Below are positions 49,518 through 63,200 of a DNA stretch of 64,000 nucleotides, one piece after another. The notes under the pieces are model-generated. The model was not told the origin of the DNA and searched no databases. It saw nothing but the letters and a program-made list of their open reading frames with translations. The position numbers and the translations under genes are program-made. The stretch lies in contig JAUCBJ010002220.1 of the NCBI GenBank assembly GCA_032718475.1, positions 1 to 64,000 of the forward strand, in the 5' to 3' direction. Origin of the DNA: Nemertoderma westbladi. Its lineage: Eukaryota > Animalia > Xenacoelomorpha. Within the stretch, counting starts at the first letter, position 1, and each line of letters starts with the position of its first letter.

Positions 49518-51408
49518 TGTAGAATTATTATTTCACATTAACGAACATTTTCCTGCAAGTTACTTACTCGTTATTTATTTCATTTTTATGAAATTATAGA
49601 GTTTATAAGTCTGTAATGATCGACGCATAATTTGTTTGCCTTCAATACAAACACATATGATTAATACAATACACTAATAGAATTGATTTCAATGTTTTCA
49701 CCTTAAAAATGTAAACATAAAAAATAAACCTATTAAATAATCCAATAACAAGGCTTCATTTAACAAAGTTAGATCGATGTGTTGTGGCTGGCCTGTGATT
49801 GGTCAAAATATTTATTTGATAAATAGTGAGAATACTACAGATTTGTGTAACAGTGCAATGTGCTATTGGCAATGTACTATAATGTGCTATATAGTTGGCT
49901 TTGCATAAAATAGCGAATTCCTAATGTGTTTGTTAGCCTGCTCAGTCTGTAGGTAATTAATCAGATCAAAAATGTATGTAAGTTAAATTAATCTACGTTG
50001 AATTAATAAGGTATTAATTGCTTTATGGTAGAGCGAAGAAAACAGGTAAACATTTCTTCCAAATGCCTAGGTATCGCCGGAGATGTATCACGCCGTTTTG
50101 CAGCCGAAACAGGTATGTTAAATATTTAGCAATTCTACTGCATGGCCATGGGCTGCTTCCTCAACTTCTCCCAACGGAGACAATTAATCGTTTTTTTTTA
50201 TTCGCGTTATAATTCACAACATCCACCCACCGTTGTTGCGCCAAACAGGGCTCGCTTGGATTTCAACCAGCGCTAATGCGGCCGGCTCGCGTTTGAGGGT
50301 ATTTCTCCACATGTTCCCCAGGCGTCAAAGATATGATAACGGTTTCCGGAATGTAAATTATAATAATTTTTAACATTGGACCTACGTGAAAAAAGGTTTC
50401 AGTTCACACTCAGTTGTCTTACAATGTGCATTATCTTAACATATCTCAAAACGTCTTTATTATTGTTGCTATTAAAACTGATTTTTTCAAATATTACCAA
50501 TGCCATAACATCTGGCTTTTGAGTGTTTTGTTTCAATTAAGTGTAAATATTTCTTAATCGAAGGAAATAGTTATATATAGTCGACTTTGCTATTTTTTAG
50601 AGATTTATAGTATGTAAGATTCAAGTTTGTACATATATTGAAAGATTTATAGTATGTAAGATTCAAGTTTGTACATATATTGAAAGATTTATAGTATGTA
50701 AGATTCAAGTTTGTACATATATTGAAAGATTTATAGTATGTAAGATTCAAGTTTGTACATATGTTGAAAGATTTATAGTATGTAAGATTCAAGTTTGTAC
50801 ATATATTGAATGATTTATAGTATGTAAGATTCAAGTTTGTACATATATTGAAAGATTTGTAGTATGTAAGCTTCAAGTGCCTTCACTATTTTTGGTGTAA
50901 TTTTCAATTATTTTTGTAATTTTTTGATAGGGCAATGAAAAAATTAGGGGACTGTGCACGTATCCGTGAATCTTCAATATAATTTCTATAGTAGAGTGAG
51001 TATAAGGAGCAATCGGTTAATAATAATAATATCTTGCTTACTACACACAACCCTTGTTAGTTAGGTGATAAATAAATTTGGTCCTTCAGCTGTTTGTAGT
51101 TAGTTAGCCTGCGGTATCATCCTACGATTGTTTGATGGGCTATTGTCTGTGCTCTATATATAATATTGGCATTATTCATTTAAGGTGACTTCTCTATCTG
51201 GGTACAAATGTCTACTGGTGTATTAGGTTGTATTATATAGTAGTTATATTGGGCAGTAGGAAATATTATTTAACAAGTTGAATGAACATTATACAGTTTC
51301 TCTGACAATATTATAGATTTCAACTTCGTAATAAGAACATATTTCCCCTAATAAATCAGCGTCTTCCGCCTAAAAATATTCCTAAACAGACGGGGACAAT
51401 CGTCTACA
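49518..51408 (+). repeat. Putative 3' LTR of element C (~1.89 kb)
   Basis: Starts GGAGTA|TGTAGA (BEL-like PPT junction) and ends TCTACA at the satellite junction (6-bp inverted termini). No partner LTR remains. Confidence 0.75.
50600..50878. repeat. 42-bp tandem repeat (~6.6 copies) within the element C LTR
   Basis: Unit agatttatagtatgtaagattcaagtttgtacatatattgaa, near-identical copies. Confidence 0.95.
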
Positions 51409-54400
51409 GAAATAGCTGAGATATTTGAGGTTAATTATTGCGTTACATATTCACTTTGGCTCCAGCCGCTTTGGCAATACGATGAAACTATAATAAAAAT
51501 TCTAGACCACAACAATATTAACAGGGAGATAGGCTACTTATCTCTTCATTCTGAGAGCCTCAAAAAGGGGGTGTTCCGACGCAATCAAAATTCATCCATC
51601 TCCTGGGGAAAGACGAAGCAAATAACAGCTGATTACTTCTATAAAGGAAAGTGTTACCTGTTCTTATGACTTTCGTTTAAGATTCTCTATCTCGTGGAGT
51701 GGATTATAAGTTATAAATATGAAAATCGATGAGGTTTTTGAAAAAAATCAGAGGATATTTTGATAAATTATTGCTGAAAAACCCCAAGGATTTTGACATG
51801 GCTTTAATACTCATTATATTCATGAAATAGCTGAGATATTTGAGGTGAATTATTGCGTTACATATTAACTTTGGCTCCAGCCGCTTTGGCAATACGATGA
51901 AACTATAATAAATATTCTAGAACACAACAATATTAACAGGGAGATAGGCTACTTATCTCTCCACTCTGAGAGCCTCAAAAAGAGGGTGTTCCGACGCAAT
52001 CAAAATTCATCCATCTCCAGGGGAAAGACGAAGCAATGAATAGCTGATTACTTCTATAAATGTAAGTGTTACCTGTTCTTTTGACTTTCATTTAAGATTG
52101 TTTATCTTGTGGAGTGGGTTAGAAATCATGAATTTGAAAATCGATGTCGTTTTTTGTAAAGAATCTGAGGATATTTTGATAAATTATTGCTGAAAAACCC
52201 CATGGATTTTGACATGGCTTTAATACTCATTATATTCATGAACAAACTGAGATATTTGAAGTGAATTATTGCATTACATAATAACTTTAACTCTAGCCAC
52301 ATTAGCAATACGATGAAACTATAATAAAAATTCTAGACCACAACAATATTAACAGGGAGATAGGCTACTTATCTCTTCATTCTGAGAGCCTCAAAAAGGG
52401 GGTGTTCTGACGCAATCAAAGTTCATCCATCTCCTGGGGAAAGACGAAGCAAATAACAGCTGATTAATTCTATAAATGTAAGTGTTACCTGTTTTTTGAC
52501 TTTCGTTTAAGATTCTTTATCTTGTGGACTGGGATAGAAGTCGTGAATATGAAAATCGTTGTCGTTTTTTGAAAAAAATCAGAGGAGATTTTAATAAATT
52601 ATTGCTGAAAAAAACCAAGGATTTTGACAAGGATTTAATACTCATTATATTCATGAAATAGCTGAGATATTTGAGGTGAATTATTGTATCACATATTAAC
52701 TTCGGCACCAGCCGCTTTGGCAATACGATGAAACTATAATAAATATTCCAGAACACAACAATATTAATAGGGAGATAGGCTACTTATCCCTCCACTCTGA
52801 GAGCCTCAAAAAGGGGGTGTTCCGATGCAATCAAAGTTCATCCATCTCCTGGGGAAAGACGAAGCAAATAACAGCTGAATACTTCTATAAAGGAAAGTGT
52901 TACCTGTTCTTATGACTTTTGTTTAAGATTCTCTATCTCGTGGAGTGGATTAGAAGTTATAAATATGAAAATCGATGTGGTTTTTGAAAAAAATCAGAGG
53001 ATGTTTTGATAAATTATTGCTGAAAAACCCCAAGGATTTTGACATGGCTTTAATACTTCATTACGTTCATGAAAAAACTGAGATATTTGAGGATTATTAA
53101 ACTATAATAAATATTCTAGAACACAACAATATTAACAGGGAGATAGGCTACTTATCTCTTCACTCTGAGAGCCTCAAGAACGGGGTGTTCCGACGCAATC
53201 AAATTTCATTCATCTCCATGGGAAAGACGACGCAAAGAACAGCTGATTACTTCTATAAATGTAAGTGTTACATGTTCTTTTGACTTTCATTTAAGATTCT
53301 CTATCTCGTGGAGTGGATTAGAAGTTATAAATATGAAAATCGATGTGGTTTTTGAAAAAAATCAGAGGATATTTTGATAAATTATTGCTGAAAAACCCCA
53401 AGGATTTTGACATGGCTTTAATACTCATTATATTCATGAAATAGCTGAGATATTTGAGGTGAATTATTGCGTTACATATTAACTTTGGCTCCAGCCGCTT
53501 TGGCAATACGATGAAACTATAATAAATATTCTAGAACACAACAATATTAACAGGGAGATAGGCTACTTATCTCTCCACTCTGAGAGCCTCAAAAAGGGGG
53601 TGTTCCGACGCAATCAAAATTCATCCATCTACAGGGGAAAAACGAAGCAAAGAACAGCTGATTACTTCTATAAATGAAAGTGTTACCTGCTCCTTTGGCT
53701 TTCATTTAAGATTCTTTATCTTTTGGAGTGGGTTAGAAGTGATGAATATGAAAAACTATGTCGTTTTTTGTAAAAAATCTGAGGATATTTTGATAAATTA
53801 TTGCTGAAAAACCCCAAGGATTTTGACATGGCTTTAATACTTCATTATGTTCATGAAAAAACTGAGATATTTGAGGTGAATTATTGTATTACATATTAAC
53901 TTCGGCTCCAGCCGCTTTGGCAATACGATGAAACTTTAATAATATTCTAGAACACAACAATATTAACAGGGAGATAGGCTACTTATCTCTTCATTCTGAG
54001 AGCCTCAAAAAGGGGGTGTTCCGACGCAATCAAAATTCATCCATCTCCTGGGGAAAGACGAAGCAAATAACAGCTGATTACTTCTATAAAGGAAAGTGTT
54101 ACCTGTTCTTATGACTTTCGTTTAAGATTCTCTATCTCGTGGAGTGGATTATAAGTTATAAATATGAAAATCGATGTGGTTTTTGAAAAAAATCAGAGGA
54201 TATTTTGATAAATTATTGCTGAAAAACCCCAAGGATTTTGACATGGCTTTAATACTCATTATATTCATGAAATAGCTGAGATATTTGAGGTGAATTATTG
54301 CGTTACATATTAACTTTGGCTCCAGCCGCTTTGGCAATACGATGAAACTATAATAAATATTCTAGAACACAACAATATTAACAGGGAGATAGGCTACTTA

Positions 54401-55589
54401 TCACTCCACTCTGAGAGCCTCAAAAAAGGGGTGTTCCGACGCAATCAAAATTCATCCATCTCCAGGGGAAAGACGAAGCAAATAACAGCTGATTAATTCT
54501 ATAAATGTAAGTGTTACCTGTTTTTTGACTTTCGTTTAAGATTGTTTATCTTGTGGAGTGGGTTAGAAATCATGAATTTGAAAATCGATGTCGTTTTTTG
54601 TAAAGAATCTGAGGATATTTTGATAAATTATTGCTGAAAAACCCCATGGATTTTGACATGGCTTTAATACTCATTATATTCATGAACAAACTGAGATATT
54701 TGAAGTGAATTATTGCATTACATAATAACTTTAACTCTAGCCACATTAGCAATACGATGAAACTATAATAAAAATTCTAGACCTCAACAATATTAACAGG
54801 GAGATAGGCTACTTATCTCTTCATTCTGAGAGCCTCAAAAAGGGGGTGTTCCGACGCAATCAAAGTTCATCCATCTCCTGGGGAAAGACGAAGCAAATAA
54901 CAGCTGATTAATTCTATAAATGTACGTGTTACCTGTTTTTTGACTTTCGATTAAGATTCTTTATCTTGTGGACTGGGATAGAAGTCGTGAATATGAAAAT
55001 CGTTGTCGTTTTTTGAAAAAAATCAGAGGAGATTTTAATAAATTATTGCTGAAAAAAACCAAGGATTTTGACAAGGATTTAATACTCATTATATTCATGA
55101 AATAGCTGAGATATTTGAGGTGAATTATTGTATCACATATTAACTTCGGCACCAGCCGCTTTGGCAATACGATGAAACTATAATAAATATTCCAGAACAC
55201 AACAATATTAATAGGGAGATAGGCTACTTATCCCTCCACTCTGAGAGCCTCAAAAAGGGGGTGTTCCGACGCAATCAAAGTTCATCCATCTCCTGGGGAA
55301 AGATGAAGAAAATAACAGCTGAATACTTCTATAAAGGAAAGTGTTACCTGTTCTTATGACTTTTGTTTAAGATTCTCTATCTCGTGGAGTGGATTAGAAG
55401 TTATAAATATGAAAATCGATGTGGTTTTTGAAAAAAATCAGAGGATGTTTTGATAAATTATTGCTGAAAAACCCCAAGGATTTTGACATGGCTTTAATAC
55501 TTCATTACGTTCATGAAAAAACTGAGATATTTGAGGATTATTAAACTATAATAAATATTCTAGAACACAACAATATTAACAGGGAGATA

Positions 55590-56632
55590 TAACGCCAAGC
55601 TGCGCAGTGTACTCGCCGAGAGCTGCGTCTCAGGACGCAGCTTACAAGGAGAAGCGGGAGGCGGCCCTGGGGGCGCTACCAGCCGACCGACGGCGAACCG
55701 CGACCCGGGTGGTTCTCAATAAGACTGGGGGCTGGCTGACCGCACAACCGAGCGTCCTCGACTCCACCGACCTCAGTCCGGAAGAGTTCCGGGACAACCT
55801 GTCCCTCTGGTACGGCCTCACGCCGCCAGGTCTCCCCGAGAAGTGCGAGGGTTGTGGGGGTCATTTCTCTACCACCCATGCACTGAGCTGCAAGTCTGGC
55901 GGGCTGATCGTGAAACGCCACGATGAGATTCATGAGGTATTCGGGGACCGTTTGGCTTCCGTGTTCGGGAACTCGAACGTTGAACGGGAGGTGACCCTGT
56001 CCCGGGGTTACCTTGACAGAGAGGGTCGGGAGGTAGGGGGAGTGCGGGCGGACTTGGTCGCGCGGGGGGTCTGGGCTAATCAGAGAGTGGCGTCGTTTGA
56101 TATCGCGGTTATAAACGCTGACGCCACCTCCTACGCCCAGACCAACCGTTCGACCGAGTCGCTATTGGAGCAGCGGTGCAGGCTGAAGAAGCTGCACTAC
56201 CGCACCGTATGCGAGGACCGGAGGATGGCTTTCACCCCATTGGTCGGCACCACTGATGGAGTATGGTGCGATGAGGCCCAGATCCTAATCCGCCATCTCG
56301 CCGAGACACTTGTGTCGAGGCGGGATGGTATGAGAGAGAGGGGCCTCGCGTGCGTTCTGGGGGGTGTTCGCCGGCGGCTGCAGTTCGCGCTCCTCCTGTC
56401 CAACTCCCTCTGCCTCCGAGGGGGACGTCGGTCTTGGCGGGCTCTCGGATTTGGTGACGGGGCGGGTCTGCGCGGTGTTGGGCTGGCAGACGAATTTTAA
56501 CTCTTTGTTGTTTCCCATTGTCAGTGCTGTTTTTGTGTTGCTTTGTTCGTTAATTGTATTATGTCATGTATTTTATTATTATTATTATTTAAATGTGCAT
56601 TAAAAAAAAACTATGTAAATTTACTATGGATC
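55590..56632 (+). mobile_element. 5'-truncated non-LTR retrotransposon with restriction-like endonuclease (CRE-clade-like)
   Basis: GC-rich island in the satellite; RLE ORF; T-rich 3' UTR; A9 tail at 56602-56610 plus ~22 nt of extra sequence; no TSD. Confidence 0.85.
55607..56500 (+). pseudogene. C-terminal CCHC zinc finger and RLE domain of a non-LTR retrotransposon ORF
   Basis: GGWLTA.P, CEGCG..HALSC, KRHDEI, RADL, FDIAV, KKLHY and FTPLV; RT is missing. Confidence 0.85.
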
Positions 56633-58630
56633 CTTATCTCTTCATTCTGAGAACCCCAAGGAATTTGACATGGCTTTAATACTTCATTATGTTCATGAAA
56701 AAACTGAGATATTTGAGGTGAATTATTGCATTACATAATAACTTTAACTCCAGCCACTTTAGCAATACGATGAAGCTATAATAAATATTCTAGAACACAA
56801 CAATATTAACAGGGAGATAGGCTACTTATCTCTTCACTCTGAGAGCCTCAAAAACGGTGTGTTCCTACGCAATCAAATTTCATCCATCTCCAGGGGAAAG
56901 ACGAAGCAAAGAACAGCTGATTACTTCTATAAATGTAAGTGTTACCTGTTCTTTTGACTTTCATTTAAGATTCGCTATCTCATTGAGTGGGTTAGAAGTT
57001 ATAAATATGAAAATCGACGTGGTTTTTGAAAAAAATCAAAGGATATTTTGATTAATTATTGCTGAAAAACACCAAGGATTTTGACATGGCTTTAATACTT
57101 CATTATGTTCATGAAATAGCTGAGATATTTGAGGTGAATTATTGTATTATATATTAACTTTGGCTCCAGCCGCTTTGGCAATACGATGAAACTTTAATAA
57201 TATTCTAGAACACAACAATATTAACAGGGAGATAGGCTACTCATCTCTTCACTCTGACAGCCTCAAAAAGGGGGTGTTCCGACGCAATCAAAATTCATCC
57301 ATCTACAGGGGAAAAACGAAGCAAAGAACAGCTGATTACTTCTATAAATGAAAGTGTTACCTGCTCCTTCGGCTTTCATTTAAGATTCTTTATCTTTTGG
57401 AGTGGGTTAGAAGTGATGAATATGAAAAACGATGTCGTTTTTTGTAAAAAATCTGAGGATATTTTGATAAATTATTGCTGAAAAACCCCAAGGATTTTGA
57501 CATGGCTTTAATACTTCATTATGTTCATGAAAAAACTGAGATATTTGAGGTGAATTATTGTATTACATATTAACTTCGGCTCCAGCCGCTTTGGCAATAC
57601 GATGAAACTTTAATAATATTCTAGAACACAAAAAATCGATGTGGTTTTTGAAAAAAATCAGAGGATATTTTGATAAATTATTGCTGAAAAACCCCAAGGA
57701 TTTTGACATGGCTTTAATACTTATTATATTCATGAAATAGCTGAGATATTTGAGGTGAATTATTGCGTTACATATTAACTTTGGCTCCAGCCGCTTTGGC
57801 AATACGATGAAACTATAATAAATATTCTAGAACACAACAATATTAACAGGGAGATAGGCTACTTATCTCTCCACTCTGAGAGCCTCAAAAAGGGGGTGTT
57901 CCGACGCAATCAAAATTCATCCATCTCAAGGGGAAAGACGAAGCAAAGAATAGCTGATTACTTCTATAAATGTAAGTGTTACCTGTTCTTTTGACTTTCA
58001 TTTAAGATTGTTTATCTTGTGGAGTGGGTTAGAAATCATGAATTTGAAAATCGATGTCGTTTTTTGTAAAGAATCTGAGGATATTTTGATAAATTATTGC
58101 TGAAAAACCCCATGGATTTTGACATGGCTTTAATACTCATTATATTCATGAACAAACTGAGATATTTGAAGTGAATTATTGCATTACATAATAACTTTAA
58201 CTCTAGCCACATTAGCAATACGATGAAACTATAATAAAAATTCTAGACCACAACAATATTAACAGGGAGATAGGCTACTTATCTCTTCATTCTGAGAGCC
58301 TCAAAAAGGGGGTGTTCAAACGCAATCAAAGCTCATCCATTTCCTGGGGAAAGACGAAGCAAATAACAGCTGATTAATTCTATAAATGTAAGTGTTACCT
58401 GTTTTTTGACTTTCGTTTAAGATTCTTTATCTTGTGGACTGGGATAGAAGTCGTGAATATGAAAATCGTTGTCGTTTTTTGAAAAAAATCAGAGGATATT
58501 TTGATAAATTATTGCTGAAAAACCTCAAGGATTTTGACATGGCTTTAATACTTCATTATGTTCATGAAAAAACTGAGATATTTGAGGATTATTAAACTAT
58601 AATAAATATTCTAGAACACAACAATATTAA

Positions 58631-60220
58631 CCCTATTACCACTGGGGTGTTTTGACCATTAGCACCACTGGGGGGGGGGGGGGGGGCGATTCGGCCCACC
58701 CACTATATTTTTGTAGTCGTCCAATGAAATCCTACAAAATTTGGGCTGTTGGTGAAACAACTATAGATGAACACTACCAAACCTTAAAAAGTTAAAATTT
58801 TATAAGCAGGGACTCATAATTTTGATGAAAAATAAAAGTAGTCCCAGGACAAAATTACAAAATTTTTCGTTTTCTAAAAACTAATAGTGTGGCAGTGTTG
58901 GCTAAATTTAGTATGTTTTTCAAGACGCTTAATCGAATGTGATTATATTCCACTTCCAAAAATTGTAGTGGATGCTATTTTTCGTGCACCTAAGAAGTGG
59001 GCGTGGCACTTCAAATTTTGAAAAATTAGATATTCAGAAAATGCCCCTAATTTTTTTATTTAAACGCATCTTTATGGGTTTTCTGGGCCGCTGAATCGAT
59101 TGAAAGTAATATAGAAGCCTGAAGACTGAGTGGTTCGCCATTTTTGGTGCACAAAAATTAGGGCGTGGCACTTCAAATTTTGAAAAATACGAGATTCGGA
59201 AATTAAACCAAAATTGAAATTTTAACGAATTTATATAGGTTTTCCAGACCGCTGAATCGATTGAAAGTAATATAGAAGCCTGAAGACTTAGAAGTTAGCA
59301 ATTTTTTGAAATCAAAACTTTAGTGTTTTTTCCGAATAAAGTAATTTTGAAAATTTGAAGTGCCATGCCCTAATTTTGGTGCACCGAAAATTACGTACAC
59401 AAAGGATTTGAGGATTCTATATTACTTTCAATCGATTCAGCGCTCCAGAAAACCTATAAAATTAATTTGAAATCAAAACTTTAGTGAATTTTCCGAATCT
59501 CGCATTTTTCAAAATTTGAAGTGCCACGCCCTAATTTTGGTGCACCAAAAATGGCGAACCACTAAGTCTTCAGGCTTCTATATTACTTTCAATCGATTCA
59601 GCGCTCCAGAAAACCTATAAAAATGCTTTGCAGATCAAAACTTTAGTGTATTTTCCGAATCTCGTATTTTTCAAAATTTGAAGTGCCACGCCCTAATTTT
59701 GGTGCACCAAAAATGGCGAACCACTAAGTCTTCAGGCTTCTATACTACTTTTAATCGATTCAGCGCTCCAGAAAACCAATAAAAATGCTTCGAAATCAGA
59801 ACTTTAGTAAATTTTCCGAATAAAGTAATTTTGAAATTTTAAAGTGCCACGCCCTAAATTTGGTGCTCCAAAAATGACGTACCACTACACTTACATACTT
59901 GTATAGAGCATTAGAGTGATCCAAACCAATAAAAATAAATAAAAATAGCCCAAACATAAATAATTACTAAATCACGAATGACTTTGTAAAATTCGAAAAT
60001 TTCAAAAAATTTGGTGCTGGAGACCAAATTTTGAGTTGGCACCCACATCGAAAAATAGAAATCCAATTGCAACGGCGTTTTTTGGAAAAGATGCGGCATT
60101 AAATTTGGCTAATTCTCACAAAAAAATTGGGCCGGTACGTAATGTGGTTGCATAGTTACAGCAACTAAAAACTAGGAAGGGGCCGATTCGGCCCCCCCCC
60201 CCCCCCCAGTGGTAATAGGG
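58631..60220. mobile_element. piggyBac-like non-autonomous element (1590 bp)
   Basis: TIRs CCCTATTACCACTGGGG; TTAA TSD (58627-58630 and 60221-60224); internal ~165-bp repeats in both orientations; no ORF. Confidence 0.9.
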
Positions 60221-63200
60221 TTAACAGGGAGATAGGCTACTTATCTCTTCACTCTGAGAGCCTCAAGAACGGGGTGTTCCGACGCAATCAAATTTCATTC
60301 ATCTCCATGGGAAAGATGACGCAGAGAACAGCTGATTACTTCTATAAATGTAAGTGTTACCTGTTCTTTTGACTTTCATTTAAGATTCTCTATCTCGTGG
60401 AGTGGATTAGAAGTTATAAATATGAAAATCTATGTGGTTTTTGAAAAAAATCAGAGGATATTTTGATAAATTATTGCTGAAAAACCCCAAGGATTTTGAC
60501 ATGGCTTTAATACTCATTATATTCATGAAATAGCTGAGATATTTGAGGTGAATTATTGCGTTACATATTAACTTTGGCTCCAGCCGCTTTGGCAATACGA
60601 TGAAACTATAATAAATATTCTAGAACACAACAATATTAACAGGGAGATAGGCTACTTATCTCTCCACTCTGAGAGCTTCAAAAAGGGGGTGTTCCGACGC
60701 AATCAAAATTCATCCATCTCCAGGGGAAAGACGAAGCAAAGAATAGCTGATTACTTCTATAAATGTAAGTGTTACCTGTTCTTTTGATTTTCATTTAAGA
60801 TTCGCTATCTCATTGAGTGGGTTAGAAGTTATAAATATAAAAATCGATGTCGTTTTTTGTAAAAAATCTGAGGATATTTTGATAAATTATTGCTAAAAAA
60901 CCCCAAGGATTTTGACATGGCTAATACTTCATTATGTTCATGAAAATACTGAGATATTTGAGGTGAATTATTGCGTTACATATTAACTTTGGCTCCAGCC
61001 GCTTTGGCAATACGATGAAACTATAATAAATATTCTAGAACACAACAATATTAACAGGGAGATAGGCTACTTATCTCTCCACTCTGAGAGCCTCAAAAAG
61101 GGGGTGTTCCGACGCAATCAAAATTCAACCATCTCCAGGGGAAAGACGAAGCAAATAACAGCTGATTACTTCTATAAATGTAAGTGTTACCTGTTCTTTT
61201 GACTTTCTTTTAAGATTCTCTATCTCGTGGAATGGGTTAGAAGTTATAAATATGAAAATCGATGGGGTTTTTGAAAAAAATCAGAGGATATTTTGATAAA
61301 TTATTGCTGAAAAACCCCAAGGATTTTAACATGGCTTTAATACTCATTATATTCATGAAAAAACTGAGATATTTGAGGTGAATTATTGCATTACATAATA
61401 ACTTTAACTCCAGCCACATTAGCAATACGATGAAACTATAATAAAAATTATAGACCACAACAATATTAATAGGGAGATAGGCTACTTATCTCTTCATTCT
61501 GAGAGCCTCAAAAAGGGGGTGTTCCGACGCAATCAAAATTCAACCATCTCCAGGGGAAAGACGAAGCAAATAACAGCTGATTACTTCTATAAATGTAAGT
61601 GTTACCTGTTCTTATGACTTTCGTTTAAGATTGTTTATCTTGTGGAGTGGGTTAGAAGTCATAAATATGAAAATCGATGTCGTTTTTTGTAAAAAATCTG
61701 ATGATATTTTGATAAATTATTGCTGAAAAACCCCAAGGATTTTGACATGGCTAATACTTCATTATGTTCATGAAAAAACTGAGATATTTGAGGTGAATTA
61801 TTGCGTTACATATTAACTTTGGCTCCAGCCGCTTTGGCAATATGATGAAACTATAATAAATATTCTAGAACACAACAATATTAACAGGGAGATAGGCTAC
61901 TTATCTCTCCACTCTGAGAGCCTCAAAAAGGGGGTGTTCCGACGCAATCAAAATTCAACCATCTCCAGGGGAAAGACGAAGCAAATATCAGCTGATTACT
62001 TCTATAAATGTAAGTGTTACCTGTTCTTTTGACTTTCTTTTAAGATTCTCTATCTCGTGGAGTGGGTTAGAAGTTATAAATATGAAAATCGATGGGGTTT
62101 TTGAAAAAAATCAGAGGATATTTTGATAAATTATTGCTGAAAAACCCCAAGGATTTTGACATGGCTTTAATACTCATTATATTCATGAAAAAGCTGAGAA
62201 ATTTGAGGTGAATTATTGTATCACATATTAATTTCGGCTCGAGCCGATTTGGCAATACGATGAAACTATAATAAATATTCTAGAACAGAACATTATTAAC
62301 AGGGAAATAGGCTACTTATCTTTACACTCTGAGAGCCTCAAAAAGGGGGTGTTCCGACGCAATCAAAATTCATCCATCTCCAGGGGAAAGACGAAGCAAA
62401 GAACAGCTGATTAATTCTAGAAATGTAAGTGTTACCTGTTCTTTTGACTTCCATTTAAGATTGTTTATCTTGTGGAGTGGGTTAGAAGTCATAAATATGA
62501 AAATCGATGTCGTTTTTTGTAAAAAATCTGAGGATATTTTGATAAATTATTGCTGAAAAACCCCAAGGATTTTGACATGGCTAATACTTCATTATGTTCA
62601 TGAAAAAACTGAGATATTTGAGGTGAATTATTGCGTTACATATTAACTTTGGCTCCAGCCGCTTTGGCAATATGATGAAACTATAATAAATATTCTAGAA
62701 CACAACAATATTAACAGGGAGATAGGCTACTTATCTCTCCACTCTGAGAGCCTCAAAAAGGGGGTGTTCCGACGCAATCAAAATTCAACCATCTCCAGGG
62801 GAAAGACGAAGCAAATATCAGCTGATTACTTCTATAAATGTAAGTGTTACCTGTTCTTTTGACTTTCATTTAAGATTCTCTATCTCGTGGAGTGGGTTAG
62901 AAGTCATAAATATGAAAATCGATGTCGTTTTTTGTAAAAAATCTGAGGATATTTTGATAAATTATTCCTGAAAAACCCCAAGGATTTTGACATGGCTTTA
63001 ATACTCATTATATTCATGAAAAAACTGAGATATTTGAGGTGAATTATTGCATTACATAATAACGTTAACTCCAGCCACATTAGCAATACGATGAAACTAT
63101 AATAAAAATTCTAGACCACAACAATATTAATAGGGAGATAGGCTACTTATCTCTTCATTCTGAGAGCCTCAAAAAGGGGGTGTTCCGACGCAATCAAAAT

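Larger units (their letters stand above)
42460..51408 (+). mobile_element. Element C: 5'-deleted BEL/Pao retrotransposon (protease C-part, RT, RH, IN and 3' LTR), interrupted by Kolobok
   Basis: Pol motifs on both sides of the 44038-46834 insertion; LTR TGTAGA...TCTACA; gag and 5' LTR absent. Confidence 0.9.

Noticed and set aside
50571-50876. 101-aa repeat ORF
   Set aside because: Translation of a 42-bp tandem repeat.
51079-51088. TGGTCCTTC, resembling a tRNA-Tyr PBS, inside the element C LTR
   Set aside because: Only a 9-nt match, not preceded by a CA end and not followed by gag.
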